A stretch of 64,000 bases of DNA from Candidatus Moranbacteria bacterium GW2011_GWE2_35_2- (GTDB taxonomy: Bacteria > Patescibacteriota > Minisyncoccia > Moranbacterales > UBA9337): contig LBQD01000003.1 of the NCBI GenBank assembly GCA_000990585.1, forward strand, positions 79,504 to 143,503. The letters are read 5' to 3'. The notes under the pieces are model-generated. The model was not told where the DNA came from and did not search any database. It saw only the letters and a list, made by a program, of their open reading frames with translations. Of the stretch, positions 1 through 8,851 are shown in pieces. Numbering within the stretch: the first letter of the stretch is position 1; each line of letters begins with the position of its first letter. Position numbers and translations under genes: made by a program.

Positions 1-574
1 TCTTATAAAAAAACGAGATAAAAAAAGGAAAAAATGGATCAATATAACATTCGATTCTTTTTCAAGAGATGATATGTATAAAATATCCTATTCTCTCGGA
101 ATATTTTTTTCAGCGATGTGTCTTTTTGAGGGAAATACTGGTTATAGCAGACAACAGCTTATGTTGATCGATAATTTTTTCGTAATCCCTGGATTGGGCG
201 GAGCTGGTTTCTGTGCTTTTTTTTCAGCGCATTTAATCAAGTGGCTGAAAGAAAAACTTGTTGAAAAAAATGGCGATACTAATTTGGGTGAGAAAATTTC
301 CTTGTCTATGAGAAATCGTTATTTCTGTATGGATCCTGGTTCAAAAAAATATTTTCATCGTGATGGATTTCGAACACTTTTCAGATCTCCAGCATGGATA
401 AGCTTAAATTGTCCCGGAGATGCTTGTGATTTGAGTCCTGAATGTTTTCATGATGGCAGTGATGGAGAAGGTTACACAATGGTTCCGCATAACGTGGACA
501 ATGTATTTCAGCAATTTTCTCTTCTTTCTGGTTTGGCAAAAATACACATGCTTGCCAGGAAGGATGGATTTTAG
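1..574 (+). CDS. Hypothetical protein, 5'-partial
   Basis: The frame of ORF 74..574 is open back to position 2 and is followed by a terminator hairpin; no motif recognised. Confidence 0.6.
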   Translation, partial: LIKKRDKKRKKWINITFDSFSRDDMYKISYSLGIFFSAMCLFEGNTGYSRQQLMLIDNFFVIPGLGGAGFCAFFSAHLIKWLKEKLVEKNGDTNLGEKISLSMRNRYFCMDPGSKKYFHRDGFRTLFRSPAWISLNCPGDACDLSPECFHDGSDGEGYTMVPHNVDNVFQQFSLLSGLAKIHMLARKDGF

Positions 575-582
575 GTTTTTAT

Positions 583-617
583 GGTCGTTTGTGGAGTATT
601 ACAAACGACCTCTTTTT
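583..617 (+). terminator. Intrinsic terminator
   Basis: GGTCGTTTGT...ACAAACGACC stem followed by a T-run. Confidence 0.7.
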
Positions 618-704
618 ATTTTATAAATCTCTCTTTTTCGTCAGTAGTTGATTGGTTTTTTGGAGGGTGGTATAATTATGGGGTGGTAAAATATTATTAA
701 AAAA

Positions 705-1241
705 ATGAAAAAAAGAATAACAAAAGATCAGTATTATATGAATATTACTCGTGAAGTTGCCGGGCGCACTCCTTGTTTTCGAGCACACCATGGCGCAATA
801 ATTGTGAGTGATGATCAAATAATTGCTACCGGGTATAATGGCGCGCCAAGAAAAACAAAGGATTGTTATGAAAGAGGTAATTGCTTGCGAAGCGAGCTGA
901 AGATCCCATCGGGACAGCGTTATGAATTGTGTCGCAGTGTTCATAGCGAGCAAAATGCCTTGATTAATGCTGCTCGCGCAGGAGTAAGTGTTCTCGGAGG
1001 AACATTATTTTTGTATTCAAAAATATTTGACAAAGACGGAAATGAAAAAATAATCAACGCTTACCCGTGTTTTATTTGCAAAAAAATGCTGGTTAATTCG
1101 GGAATAAAAAATGTAAAATGCAATCAAGAAGATGGCTCCATTAAGGAATATTTTATTGAAGATTGGGTGAAAGATTGGCAGGAAAATGATTTAATCGATG
1201 ATGTTGAACAGTATGGGACCAAAATTATAAAAAATAAATAA
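705..1241 (+). CDS. dCMP deaminase (ComEB-like)
   Basis: TGYNG, HSEQNA and PCxxC zinc-deaminase motifs. Confidence 0.9.
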   Translation: MKKRITKDQYYMNITREVAGRTPCFRAHHGAIIVSDDQIIATGYNGAPRKTKDCYERGNCLRSELKIPSGQRYELCRSVHSEQNALINAARAGVSVLGGTLFLYSKIFDKDGNEKIINAYPCFICKKMLVNSGIKNVKCNQEDGSIKEYFIEDWVKDWQENDLIDDVEQYGTKIIKNK

Positions 1242-1245
1242 AATT

Positions 1246-1800
1246 ATGAGTAAAGTTATTTTTGGATTAGCAGGAGAGATTGCAAGCGGAAAAGGAACGG
1301 TGGCAAAATATATAGTTGAAAAACACAATGGATCGTCGCACAGATTTTCAACCGCTCTTCGGGATGTGGCAAAAAGGATGTATATTAAAGAAAACAGAGA
1401 AAATCTTCAAAAAATTTCAACTATTTTTAGAGAGAATTTTGATGATAATTTATTGTCGATGGTCATTTATCAAGATGTAAAAAATGACAGCCATAATATT
1501 GTTGCAATTGATGGAGTCAGAAGAATGGCGGATATCGAGTATCTTAAAAAACTTCCTGAATTTAAATTGGTTTATATTGATGCGGATATAAAAAATCGTT
1601 TTGAAAGAATCACCAAAAGAGGAGAAAACGTTGATGATAACGCGAAAACTTTTGAGCAGTTTAAAAAAGATCATGAAAGGGAGGCTGAATTGCAAATACG
1701 GGATCTGAAAAGTAAAGCGGATTTTATTGTAGATAATAATGGATCTTACGGCGATCTTTACGTTCAAGTTGATGATATTATAGGAAAGAATAAAAATTAA
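1246..1800 (+). CDS. P-loop nucleotide kinase (dephospho-CoA/NMP kinase-like)
   Basis: GEIASGKGT Walker A and IDGVR; lies in a nucleotide-metabolism operon. Confidence 0.7.
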   Translation: MSKVIFGLAGEIASGKGTVAKYIVEKHNGSSHRFSTALRDVAKRMYIKENRENLQKISTIFRENFDDNLLSMVIYQDVKNDSHNIVAIDGVRRMADIEYLKKLPEFKLVYIDADIKNRFERITKRGENVDDNAKTFEQFKKDHEREAELQIRDLKSKADFIVDNNGSYGDLYVQVDDIIGKNKN

Positions 1801-1813
1801 ATTTTTTATAAAA

Positions 1814-3163
1814 ATGGATATTCTAGAAAAACATACAGTCAGGAGTCTTGACAATGAAGGATTTGTTTTGGTGCTTAATAATGAAGCAAAGATTGATGGG
1901 CAGGCGGAAGCAATGCTTCAAGCACTTCATTCCCGTTCAACAGGGGGAATAAAAAAACATTTACAAGTGCTTGAGGAGAAAGGGGCGGATAATTTTATGG
2001 AGAGATTTTATGTCGGATACGGACACAAATCCATTGGAGATTGCGGCAGCGCAACGGTTTTTGTGGAAGGCGTTTCTATGCTGGCCGCCAAAGCAATCCA
2101 GGACTGGAGATTGTATTCCGGGCAAGAAGCATCAACTAGATATGTGGATTTTTCCAATCAAAAATTTCTAAATCCAAAAAAAACCAAAAAAGGAGAAGAA
2201 ATTTTGGAAAATTGGAGAAAATTTTATCTTAAAGCGCAAAAGCCGGTGCAAGAACATTTGGAAAAACAATTTCCGCGCCAGAATGGTGAGGATGAAAAAA
2301 TATATGAAAAAGCAATCATTGCCAGAGCATTTGATATTACGCGTTCTTTTTTGCCGGCTGGTGCAACCACTAATGTTGCATGGAGAATGAATTTTCGCCA
2401 GTTTGCCGATGAATTGATGCTTCTTCGTCATCATCCGCTGAAAGAGGTTCGAGATATTGCGGAAAAAACCGAACAAGCGCTACTTGAGATGTATCCAAGT
2501 TCTTTTGGTCATGAAAGATTTAAAAATACCGAAGAATATAATAAAAAATGGATGCAGGGAAAATATTATTATGAAAATAAAAAAACCAAGGATTTTGAAT
2601 TGGTTTATGATAATGTGGATAGAAAATTATTAAAAAATTATAAAGATATTTTGAAAAGTCGCCCAATGAAAACAGAGTTGCCAACCGCAATCGGTGAATG
2701 TGGTGTGGTGGCTTATGAATTTCTTTTAGACTTCGGTTCATATCGGGACTTGCAAAGGCATCGAGCTGTTGTTCAGAGGATGCCTCTTTTGGTTCGAAAG
2801 CATGGATTTAATCAATGGTATTTGAACGCGCTTCCGAATGATTTAAAAAAGGAAACCAAGGAGTTTATCAAGAAACAAGAGAAAGAAATCCAAAAAATGA
2901 AGGCTAGCGAAGAAGAGAAACAATATTATACCGCTATGGGTTATCGGGTTCCTTGTCGATTTTCCGGAGATTTGAAAGCTTTAGTTTATTTGGTTGAATT
3001 GCGCTCTACCAGGTTTGTTCATCCGACATTAGTTGAACAAATGTTGAAAGTTATAAACAGTATGAAAAAATTATTCGGAAAAGACGGACTGGTTTTGCAT
3101 TTGGACAATGAGCCGAACAGATTTGATATTCGCCGGGGTGAACAGGATATTATTGAAAAATAA
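1814..3163 (+). CDS. thyX: FAD-dependent thymidylate synthase, long two-domain form
   Basis: GHKSIGD, QEASTRY, RSFLPA and RDLQRHR motifs; 449 aa. Confidence 0.85.
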   Translation: MDILEKHTVRSLDNEGFVLVLNNEAKIDGQAEAMLQALHSRSTGGIKKHLQVLEEKGADNFMERFYVGYGHKSIGDCGSATVFVEGVSMLAAKAIQDWRLYSGQEASTRYVDFSNQKFLNPKKTKKGEEILENWRKFYLKAQKPVQEHLEKQFPRQNGEDEKIYEKAIIARAFDITRSFLPAGATTNVAWRMNFRQFADELMLLRHHPLKEVRDIAEKTEQALLEMYPSSFGHERFKNTEEYNKKWMQGKYYYENKKTKDFELVYDNVDRKLLKNYKDILKSRPMKTELPTAIGECGVVAYEFLLDFGSYRDLQRHRAVVQRMPLLVRKHGFNQWYLNALPNDLKKETKEFIKKQEKEIQKMKASEEEKQYYTAMGYRVPCRFSGDLKALVYLVELRSTRFVHPTLVEQMLKVINSMKKLFGKDGLVLHLDNEPNRFDIRRGEQDIIEK

Positions 3164-3194
3164 TTTAATTGATTTTTAGGGGAGTGAAAGAGAT

Positions 3195-3884
3195 ATGAAA
3201 AAAGGAAAATTTATTGTGCTGGATGGAACCGACGGTAGTGGAAAAGCTACGCAGACAAATATTTTAGTGAAAAAATTAAAGAAAGAGGGAAAAAAAGTGA
3301 AAACCATAGATTTTCCTCAATATAAGGATAATTTTTTTGGAAAAATGATCGGAGAATGTTTAGTTGGGGATTATGGAGATTTTATTGCAGTTGATCCTCA
3401 TATCGCTTCAGCACTATATGCTGCGGATAGATGGGAATCGAGTGAAATGATAAATAAATGGATAAGTAACGGATATATTGTAATAGCTGACAGATACACC
3501 AGTTCAAATCAGATTCATCAAGGAGGGAAAATAAAAGATTCAAAAAAGAGAAGAGAATTTCTAAAATGGTTGGAAAAAATGGAATTTGAAGTTCTTAGGA
3601 TTCCAAAACCGGATGCGATTGTCTATTTAGATGTTCCCTATGAAATTACAAAAAAATTATTGCAAGAAAAAAATGCTATAAATAAGAAAAAATATTCTAT
3701 TGGAAAAAAAGATTTGGCTGAAAATAACAAAAAACATCTCAGTGATTCAAGGAAAAGTGCAATAAAATTAGTCGGGGAATGTAATAATTGGATTAAAATA
3801 GATTGTGTTAAAAAAGGAGAAATGATGAGTATTGAAGAAATAAACGAGATTATTTGGAGTAAAGTTTCAAAAATTGTAAAATAA
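3195..3884 (+). CDS. tmk: Thymidylate kinase
   Basis: DGTDGSGKATQ P-loop, ADRY, PKPD. Confidence 0.9.
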   Translation: MKKGKFIVLDGTDGSGKATQTNILVKKLKKEGKKVKTIDFPQYKDNFFGKMIGECLVGDYGDFIAVDPHIASALYAADRWESSEMINKWISNGYIVIADRYTSSNQIHQGGKIKDSKKRREFLKWLEKMEFEVLRIPKPDAIVYLDVPYEITKKLLQEKNAINKKKYSIGKKDLAENNKKHLSDSRKSAIKLVGECNNWIKIDCVKKGEMMSIEEINEIIWSKVSKIVK

Positions 3885-3890
3885 AATCCT

Positions 3891-4220
3891 ATGAACTTTA
3901 ATGAATACCAAAATAAATCAAGAAAAACAGCTATTTATCCGGACGCGGGCAGTAATTTTGTTTATCCCACTTTGGGATTATCCGGAGAGGCGGGAGAGGT
4001 GGCGGAAAAGATTAAGAAAGTAATCCGAGACAAAAACGGAAAAATAGATCAAGAAACCAAAGAGATGATTAAGAAAGAACTTGGTGATGTTTTGTGGTAT
4101 GTTGCGCAATTGGCGACAGAGCTCGGTTTGACAATGGATGATATTGCGGAGCATAATATAAAAAAACTTTATAGCCGGTTGGAAAGAGGAAAAATCTGCG
4201 GAGACGGGGATAATAGATAG
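3891..4220 (+). CDS. MazG-like nucleotide pyrophosphohydrolase
   Basis: GLSGEAGEVAEKIKK and ELGDVLWY. Confidence 0.9.
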   Translation: MNFNEYQNKSRKTAIYPDAGSNFVYPTLGLSGEAGEVAEKIKKVIRDKNGKIDQETKEMIKKELGDVLWYVAQLATELGLTMDDIAEHNIKKLYSRLERGKICGDGDNR

Positions 4221-4251
4221 CTAATATGAAATATTAAAGTGTTCAAATAAT

Positions 4252-5733
4252 ATGAAATACAAGGCGACAATTGGGATGGAGATTCATGTGGAGCTTAAGA
4301 CGGCTTCTAAGATGTTTTGTGGGTGCAAAAATGGACTAGGGCTGGAAAAAAAGCCGAATGTGCACATTTGCCCGGTTTGCACGGCGCAGCCCGGGACGCT
4401 TCCCGTGCCTAACCAAAAAGCGGTTGAATTTGTGCAATTGGCGGGATTGGCTTTGAATTGCAAGTTGCGAGAACAATCCAAGTTTGACCGCAAAAACTAT
4501 TTTTATCCCGACATTCCAAAAGGTTATCAAATTTCTCAATATGATCAGCCGCTGTGCGAGAGGGGAGAATTAAGAATTAAGAATAATGAATTAAAGGAAA
4601 AAAAAATCGGGATTACTAGAATTCATTTAGAGGAAGATACTGGAAAACTTATTCATCCGAAAGGAACGGATTATACTCTGGTGGATTTCAATCGCGCAGG
4701 AGTGCCCTTGATGGAGCTGGTGACTGAACCGGATTTTGACGGCGGAGATGAAGCGAGAATTTTTTGTCAAAAACTTCAACAAGTTTGCCGATATTTGAAT
4801 ATTTCCGATGCGGATATGGAAAAAGGAAATATGCGTTGTGAAGCAAATATTTCACTGTATAAAGAGGGAGAAGACAAATTGTCGGGAACAAAGGTAGAAG
4901 TAAAAAATATCAACTCTTTTAAATTCGTGGAAAAAGCGATTAATTTTGAAATCAAAAGACAATCGGAAGAATTGGAAGCGGGAAAAAAGATTGTGCAGGA
5001 AACGCGAGGGTGGGATGCCAATCGAAACGCGACAGTTTCACAAAGGAAAAAAGAATCAGCACATGATTATCGATATTTTCCTGAGCCGGATATTCCTCCG
5101 ATGGAATTTACAACTGAATATTTTGAAAAATTGCGCTTGAATCTTCCGGAAATGCCGGCGGAAAAATCCAAGAGATTTTCCGAGCAGTATAATCTTGCAT
5201 CCGACGCTGTGGAACTTTTGACTGGCGATCGTGATTTGGCGGATTATTTCGAAAAAACAGTCAGTGAACTCGAGGAAAAAATTTGCTCCAAGGAAATTTC
5301 CTGTGAAAAGAAAAAAGCGGTGAAATTGGTGGCAAATTATATTAATACCGAATTGCGAAAACATCTGACGGAAGGTGGGCATTCAATTCGCGATATTCAA
5401 ATTACCCCGGAAAATTATGCCGAGTTTATTGGAATTGTGGCGGAAGGAAAAATCAATTCCAGCGCGGCACAGACAGTTCTCAAAGAAATGTATCGAACCG
5501 GGGGCGACCCATCACAAATTATCGAAGAAAAGAATTTGATGCAAATGGAAGATGACACCGAATTGGAAAAAGTCATCCATGATATTTTGGTAAAAAATCA
5601 GCAATCCGTGGATGATTTCAAGGCCGGAAAAGACCGAGCTTTGCAATTTTTGGTTGGACAAGTTATGAAAGAAACAAAGGGTAAGGCTAATCCGGCTAAG
5701 GCAATGGAATTTATTAAAAAGATTATCGCATAG
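4252..5733 (+). CDS. gatB: Asp/Glu-tRNA amidotransferase subunit B
   Basis: IGMEIHVEL, FDRKNYFYPD, YRYFPEPD. Confidence 0.98.
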   Translation: MKYKATIGMEIHVELKTASKMFCGCKNGLGLEKKPNVHICPVCTAQPGTLPVPNQKAVEFVQLAGLALNCKLREQSKFDRKNYFYPDIPKGYQISQYDQPLCERGELRIKNNELKEKKIGITRIHLEEDTGKLIHPKGTDYTLVDFNRAGVPLMELVTEPDFDGGDEARIFCQKLQQVCRYLNISDADMEKGNMRCEANISLYKEGEDKLSGTKVEVKNINSFKFVEKAINFEIKRQSEELEAGKKIVQETRGWDANRNATVSQRKKESAHDYRYFPEPDIPPMEFTTEYFEKLRLNLPEMPAEKSKRFSEQYNLASDAVELLTGDRDLADYFEKTVSELEEKICSKEISCEKKKAVKLVANYINTELRKHLTEGGHSIRDIQITPENYAEFIGIVAEGKINSSAAQTVLKEMYRTGGDPSQIIEEKNLMQMEDDTELEKVIHDILVKNQQSVDDFKAGKDRALQFLVGQVMKETKGKANPAKAMEFIKKIIA

Positions 5734-5765
5734 GCAGAAACGCCAGATCCGCCTTTGGAGGAACG

Positions 5766-5828
5766 GCAACAAAAGGAAGGGCTAATCCAAAAACTGCGAT
5801 GGAGTTGATCAAGAAGATTATCTCTTAG
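5766..5828 (+). pseudogene. Diverged duplicate of the gatB 3' end
   Basis: Encodes ATKGRANPKTAMELIKKIIS* versus the GatB end ETKGKANPAKAMEFIKKIIA*; out of frame with gatB. Confidence 0.85.
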
Positions 5829-5855
5829 TGTCTGGATTTTATTGCATTTTATGAT

Positions 5856-5881
5856 ATTACCATATTTCGTAATATGGTAAT
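5856..5881. repeat. 26-bp palindrome, copy 1
   Basis: ATTACCATATT-TCGT-AATATGGTAAT, identical to 61476..61501. Confidence 0.9.
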
Positions 5882-5883
5882 AT

Positions 5884-6816
5884 TTATTTTTCAATAAAAC
5901 GGGAAACTTCTTTTTCAATATTTGCGTACTTGTTTTTTTCTTTTTGCTCGATTGGAATCCAGATAATTCTTTTGTCTTTTGCAAACCAAGTTCTTTGACG
6001 TTTGGCATAATTTTTTTCTGCCAGGTATATTTTTTCTTTTAATTCCTCTTTGTTTTTTATGTTTCCTTTTAAGTACTCCGGAATTAAGTTGTAACTAAGT
6101 CCAAAGCTTTGGATTTTTTTCCAACTCAGTTTGTATTTTTCATGCAAATCTTTCACTTCTTCAATCATTCCCATTGAAAATCTTCTGGTGACATTTTTTT
6201 TTATTCTTTCATTTAATTCTTCTTTTTCTCTTGCTATACCTATTTGTAAAAAATCATAATTCTTAATTTTTGATTCTTGATTCATGGGTGGGACTTTCCC
6301 GATGGCTTTGCAAATTTCTATTGCTCGAATTAATCTGACTTTATTTTTAGCATCAATATTTTTCGCTCTTTCCGGATCCAGTTTTTTTAATTTATTAAAA
6401 AGGATTTCCGTGCTTAATTCTTGCATCTTAATTCTTAATTCTTGATTTGGTTTTACTTCCGGAAAATCCACGTTGTCGACAAGCGCTTTGATCCAAAATC
6501 CGGTTCCGCCACAAATGATCGGAACTTTGCCGCGCTTCAAAATATCCTTGATTATTTTCTCGGTTTTCTTTTTGAATTTGGCGGCGTTATATTCCGTTTT
6601 TGGCGAGGCGATATCAAGCATATGGTGCGGAACCATTTTTTGTTCCGCTTCGGTTATTTTTCCAGATCCGATGTCCATTCCGCGGTAAATCTGTCGTGAG
6701 TCAGCGGAAATTATCTCACCATCAAATTTTTGCGCAAGCCGAATTGCCACATCCGATTTTCCGGAAGCAGTAGGACCGAGGATGACGATTATTTTATTAT
6801 CGCTTCTAAATTCCAT
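5884..6816 (-). CDS. miaA: tRNA dimethylallyltransferase
   Basis: GPTASGKS, SADSRQIYRGMDIG, YAKRQRTWF. Confidence 0.97.
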   Translation of the reverse strand: MEFRSDNKIIVILGPTASGKSDVAIRLAQKFDGEIISADSRQIYRGMDIGSGKITEAEQKMVPHHMLDIASPKTEYNAAKFKKKTEKIIKDILKRGKVPIICGGTGFWIKALVDNVDFPEVKPNQELRIKMQELSTEILFNKLKKLDPERAKNIDAKNKVRLIRAIEICKAIGKVPPMNQESKIKNYDFLQIGIAREKEELNERIKKNVTRRFSMGMIEEVKDLHEKYKLSWKKIQSFGLSYNLIPEYLKGNIKNKEELKEKIYLAEKNYAKRQRTWFAKDKRIIWIPIEQKEKNKYANIEKEVSRFIEK

Positions 6817-8288
6817 ATGCTTGCCTTGGTGATTTTTGCTTTTATTATTTTTCCGATGAGATTTTTTGACTCCGACGTTTTGTCGGAGTGAAAATTGGGT
6901 ACAATTTTCACATTTTTCATTGTGCGGGTTTTGCCGAAATAGTTTCCGTTTTTTTTGTTTTCAATCAAGACTTCTAAAGTTTTTCCGACATATTTTTTGT
7001 TATTTTCAAAACACGTTTTCTTGAGAATTTCGTTGAGATAATTTGCTCTTCTTTCTTTTTCCATTTTACTGACGTTATCTTTCATTTTCCAGGCGGCAGT
7101 TTGCGGGCGGGGGGAGAATTTTCCGAAAAATACCATATCGAATTTCGCCTTGCGCATCACTTCGGCGCTATCTTCAAATTGTTTTTTGGTTTCTCCCGGA
7201 AAGCCAACGATAATGTCGGAAGTGATTGAAAATGGAACAGCGGGTTTGTGTTTCTTGAATGCTGATTTTATTTTGCGGACTTTTGTCAGATATTCTTTCT
7301 GGGTATATTTTCGGTTCATATTTTTCAAAACTTCGTCGCAACCGGCTTGAATGGGAAGATGGAAATTTTCGCAAACCTTTTTGCATTTGGCGACCGTTTC
7401 AATCATTTCATCAGTCACGTCTTTCGGATGATTGCTCACAAAACTGATCCAAAATTTTCCGGGAATCGCGTTGATTTTTTTCAGGAGTTGGGGGAAATTT
7501 ATGCTATCGTTCTTGACCCCCTCTGTCCTCCGGACATCTCCCCCTTGGAAAGGGGGAGAGGGTAAAGAGGGGGATTTGTATGAATTCACATTTTGTCCGA
7601 GCAGGATGATGTGCTTTGTTCTATTTTTTATCAATTTTTTTATTTCGGAAATTATTTCATCTGCCATGCGGGAAACTTCGCGTCCGCGGGCGTAGGGAAC
7701 AACGCAGTAGGCGCAAAAATTGTTGCAGCCGGTCATTATGGGGACGCCGGCTTGAAATTTATCGGAGTATTTTGGGGTAATCGAAAAATAGGAAGTATTA
7801 TTTTTGCGGGTTGTTAATTCAGGATACGCCGGAATTTTCAATTTTTCCGCCAAAGGCGGACCAGCCTTGGGCTGGCAATTTACAATTTTTCCGCCAAAGG
7901 CGGACCAGCCTTGGGCTGGCAAACAATTTTCAATGACAAATTTTTCAAACTTTTTGAATCCATTGATTGGGAAAAATAGGTCTACTTTGTTTTTCAATCT
8001 TCTTTGCACATCCGGTCTGTTTGCCAAACATCCTGTCAATATGATTTTAATTCTTGATTTCTGATTCTCGATTCCTGATTCTTGATTCCTGTCTCTCAGA
8101 TTATGTATTTGTCCATAAACCCGGTCTTCTGCCATTTGTCGCACTCCGCAGGTATTAAAAATAACCAAATTGGCGTCATTGATGTTTTTGGTTTCTTTAA
8201 ATTTTTGAGACGACAAAAATCCAGCGATTCTTTCGCTGTCGCTGTAATTCATTTGACACCCGAACGTTTTTATGTAATACTTTAGCAT
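6789..8288 (-). CDS. miaB: tRNA methylthiotransferase with several in-frame repeat insertions
   Basis: TFGCQMN, NTC, CNNFCAYC radical-SAM motif, C-terminal TRAM domain; probable start at 8288. Confidence 0.95.
   Translation of the reverse strand: MLKYYIKTFGCQMNYSDSERIAGFLSSQKFKETKNINDANLVIFNTCGVRQMAEDRVYGQIHNLRDRNQESGIENQKSRIKIILTGCLANRPDVQRRLKNKVDLFFPINGFKKFEKFVIENCLPAQGWSAFGGKIVNCQPKAGPPLAEKLKIPAYPELTTRKNNTSYFSITPKYSDKFQAGVPIMTGCNNFCAYCVVPYARGREVSRMADEIISEIKKLIKNRTKHIILLGQNVNSYKSPSLPSPPFQGGDVRRTEGVKNDSINFPQLLKKINAIPGKFWISFVSNHPKDVTDEMIETVAKCKKVCENFHLPIQAGCDEVLKNMNRKYTQKEYLTKVRKIKSAFKKHKPAVPFSITSDIIVGFPGETKKQFEDSAEVMRKAKFDMVFFGKFSPRPQTAAWKMKDNVSKMEKERRANYLNEILKKTCFENNKKYVGKTLEVLIENKKNGNYFGKTRTMKNVKIVPNFHSDKTSESKNLIGKIIKAKITKASIWNLEAIIK
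6869..6889. repeat. 21-bp palindrome within miaB
   Basis: ACTCCGAC-GTTTT-GTCGGAGT. Confidence 0.6.
7515..7575. repeat. GC-rich palindromic coding insertion in miaB
   Basis: CTCCCCCTT-GGA-AAGGGGGAG core; translates as SPSLPSPPFQGGDVRRTEGV. Confidence 0.8.
7846..7919. repeat. Two identical 30-bp double hairpins in miaB (7846-7875, 7890-7919)
   Basis: TCCGCC-AAA-GGCGGA + CCAGCC-TTG-GGCTGG, each inserted at AATTTT^CAA. Confidence 0.92.
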
Positions 8289-8360
8289 TGAAGTTGTTTG
8301 AAAAATAAATAGTAGTTTTTTCAGCATATCAAAAATTGACCCTAAAATCAAGGAGGAGTT

Positions 8361-8645
8361 ATGGGAGGCGGAACTGGCATTAGCATCGGCGAACTAGTCG
8401 ACAAAGAAAAAAGCCTGCGCGAGGAGCAGGCGAGGATGGATGAAAAAATCGCGGAAATTCTCTGGACGAATTTTCGCAATTTGGAGGACGGAGGTATCCG
8501 GAAATACCTCCTTGTTTCTAAGTATGGGAACGATGACGTTTCCGTACTTATTACATGCGGATATTTATATGAGGAGGATGGCGATCTCCTCCTAACAGAA
8601 AAAGGAGAGGAGTACGTTATTGATATGCATCTGAAAAATAAGTAA
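8361..8645 (+). CDS. Hypothetical protein, possible winged-helix-like C-terminus
   Basis: AGGAGG SD and a downstream terminator; GYL...LLLTEKGEEYV. Confidence 0.7.
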   Translation: MGGGTGISIGELVDKEKSLREEQARMDEKIAEILWTNFRNLEDGGIRKYLLVSKYGNDDVSVLITCGYLYEEDGDLLLTEKGEEYVIDMHLKNK

Positions 8646-8665
8646 GTTTTTCTATTTTTAGATGC

Positions 8666-8706
8666 AAAAAACCGAGAACTCGGAACGATGAGACTCGGTT
8701 TTTTTT
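8666..8706. terminator. Bidirectional terminator
   Basis: AAAAAACCGAG...CTCGGTTTTTTT between convergent genes. Confidence 0.65.
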
Positions 8707-8721
8707 ATTGCAAAAATTTAA

Positions 8722-8846
8722 GGGGAGTTGTTTGGCTAAACAACTCCCCGGACAGGCTTTACGCACCTATCTGAGTGGTTTGCAGCGCTCCTTTCTCGAC
8801 AAACTGCTTCCCTGTGATCTAAAGGAGTAAATCGATATGCAGGGAA
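8722..8846 (-). ncRNA. Candidate structured RNA downstream of thrS
   Basis: Four consecutive stems with loop-loop complementarity CTCCTTT/AAAGGAG; family not recognised. Confidence 0.35.
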
Positions 8847-8851
8847 ATTTT

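Noticed and set aside
7846-7919. CRISPR array from the two 30-bp repeats
   Set aside because: Only two copies with a 14-bp spacer, inside miaB, and no cas genes.
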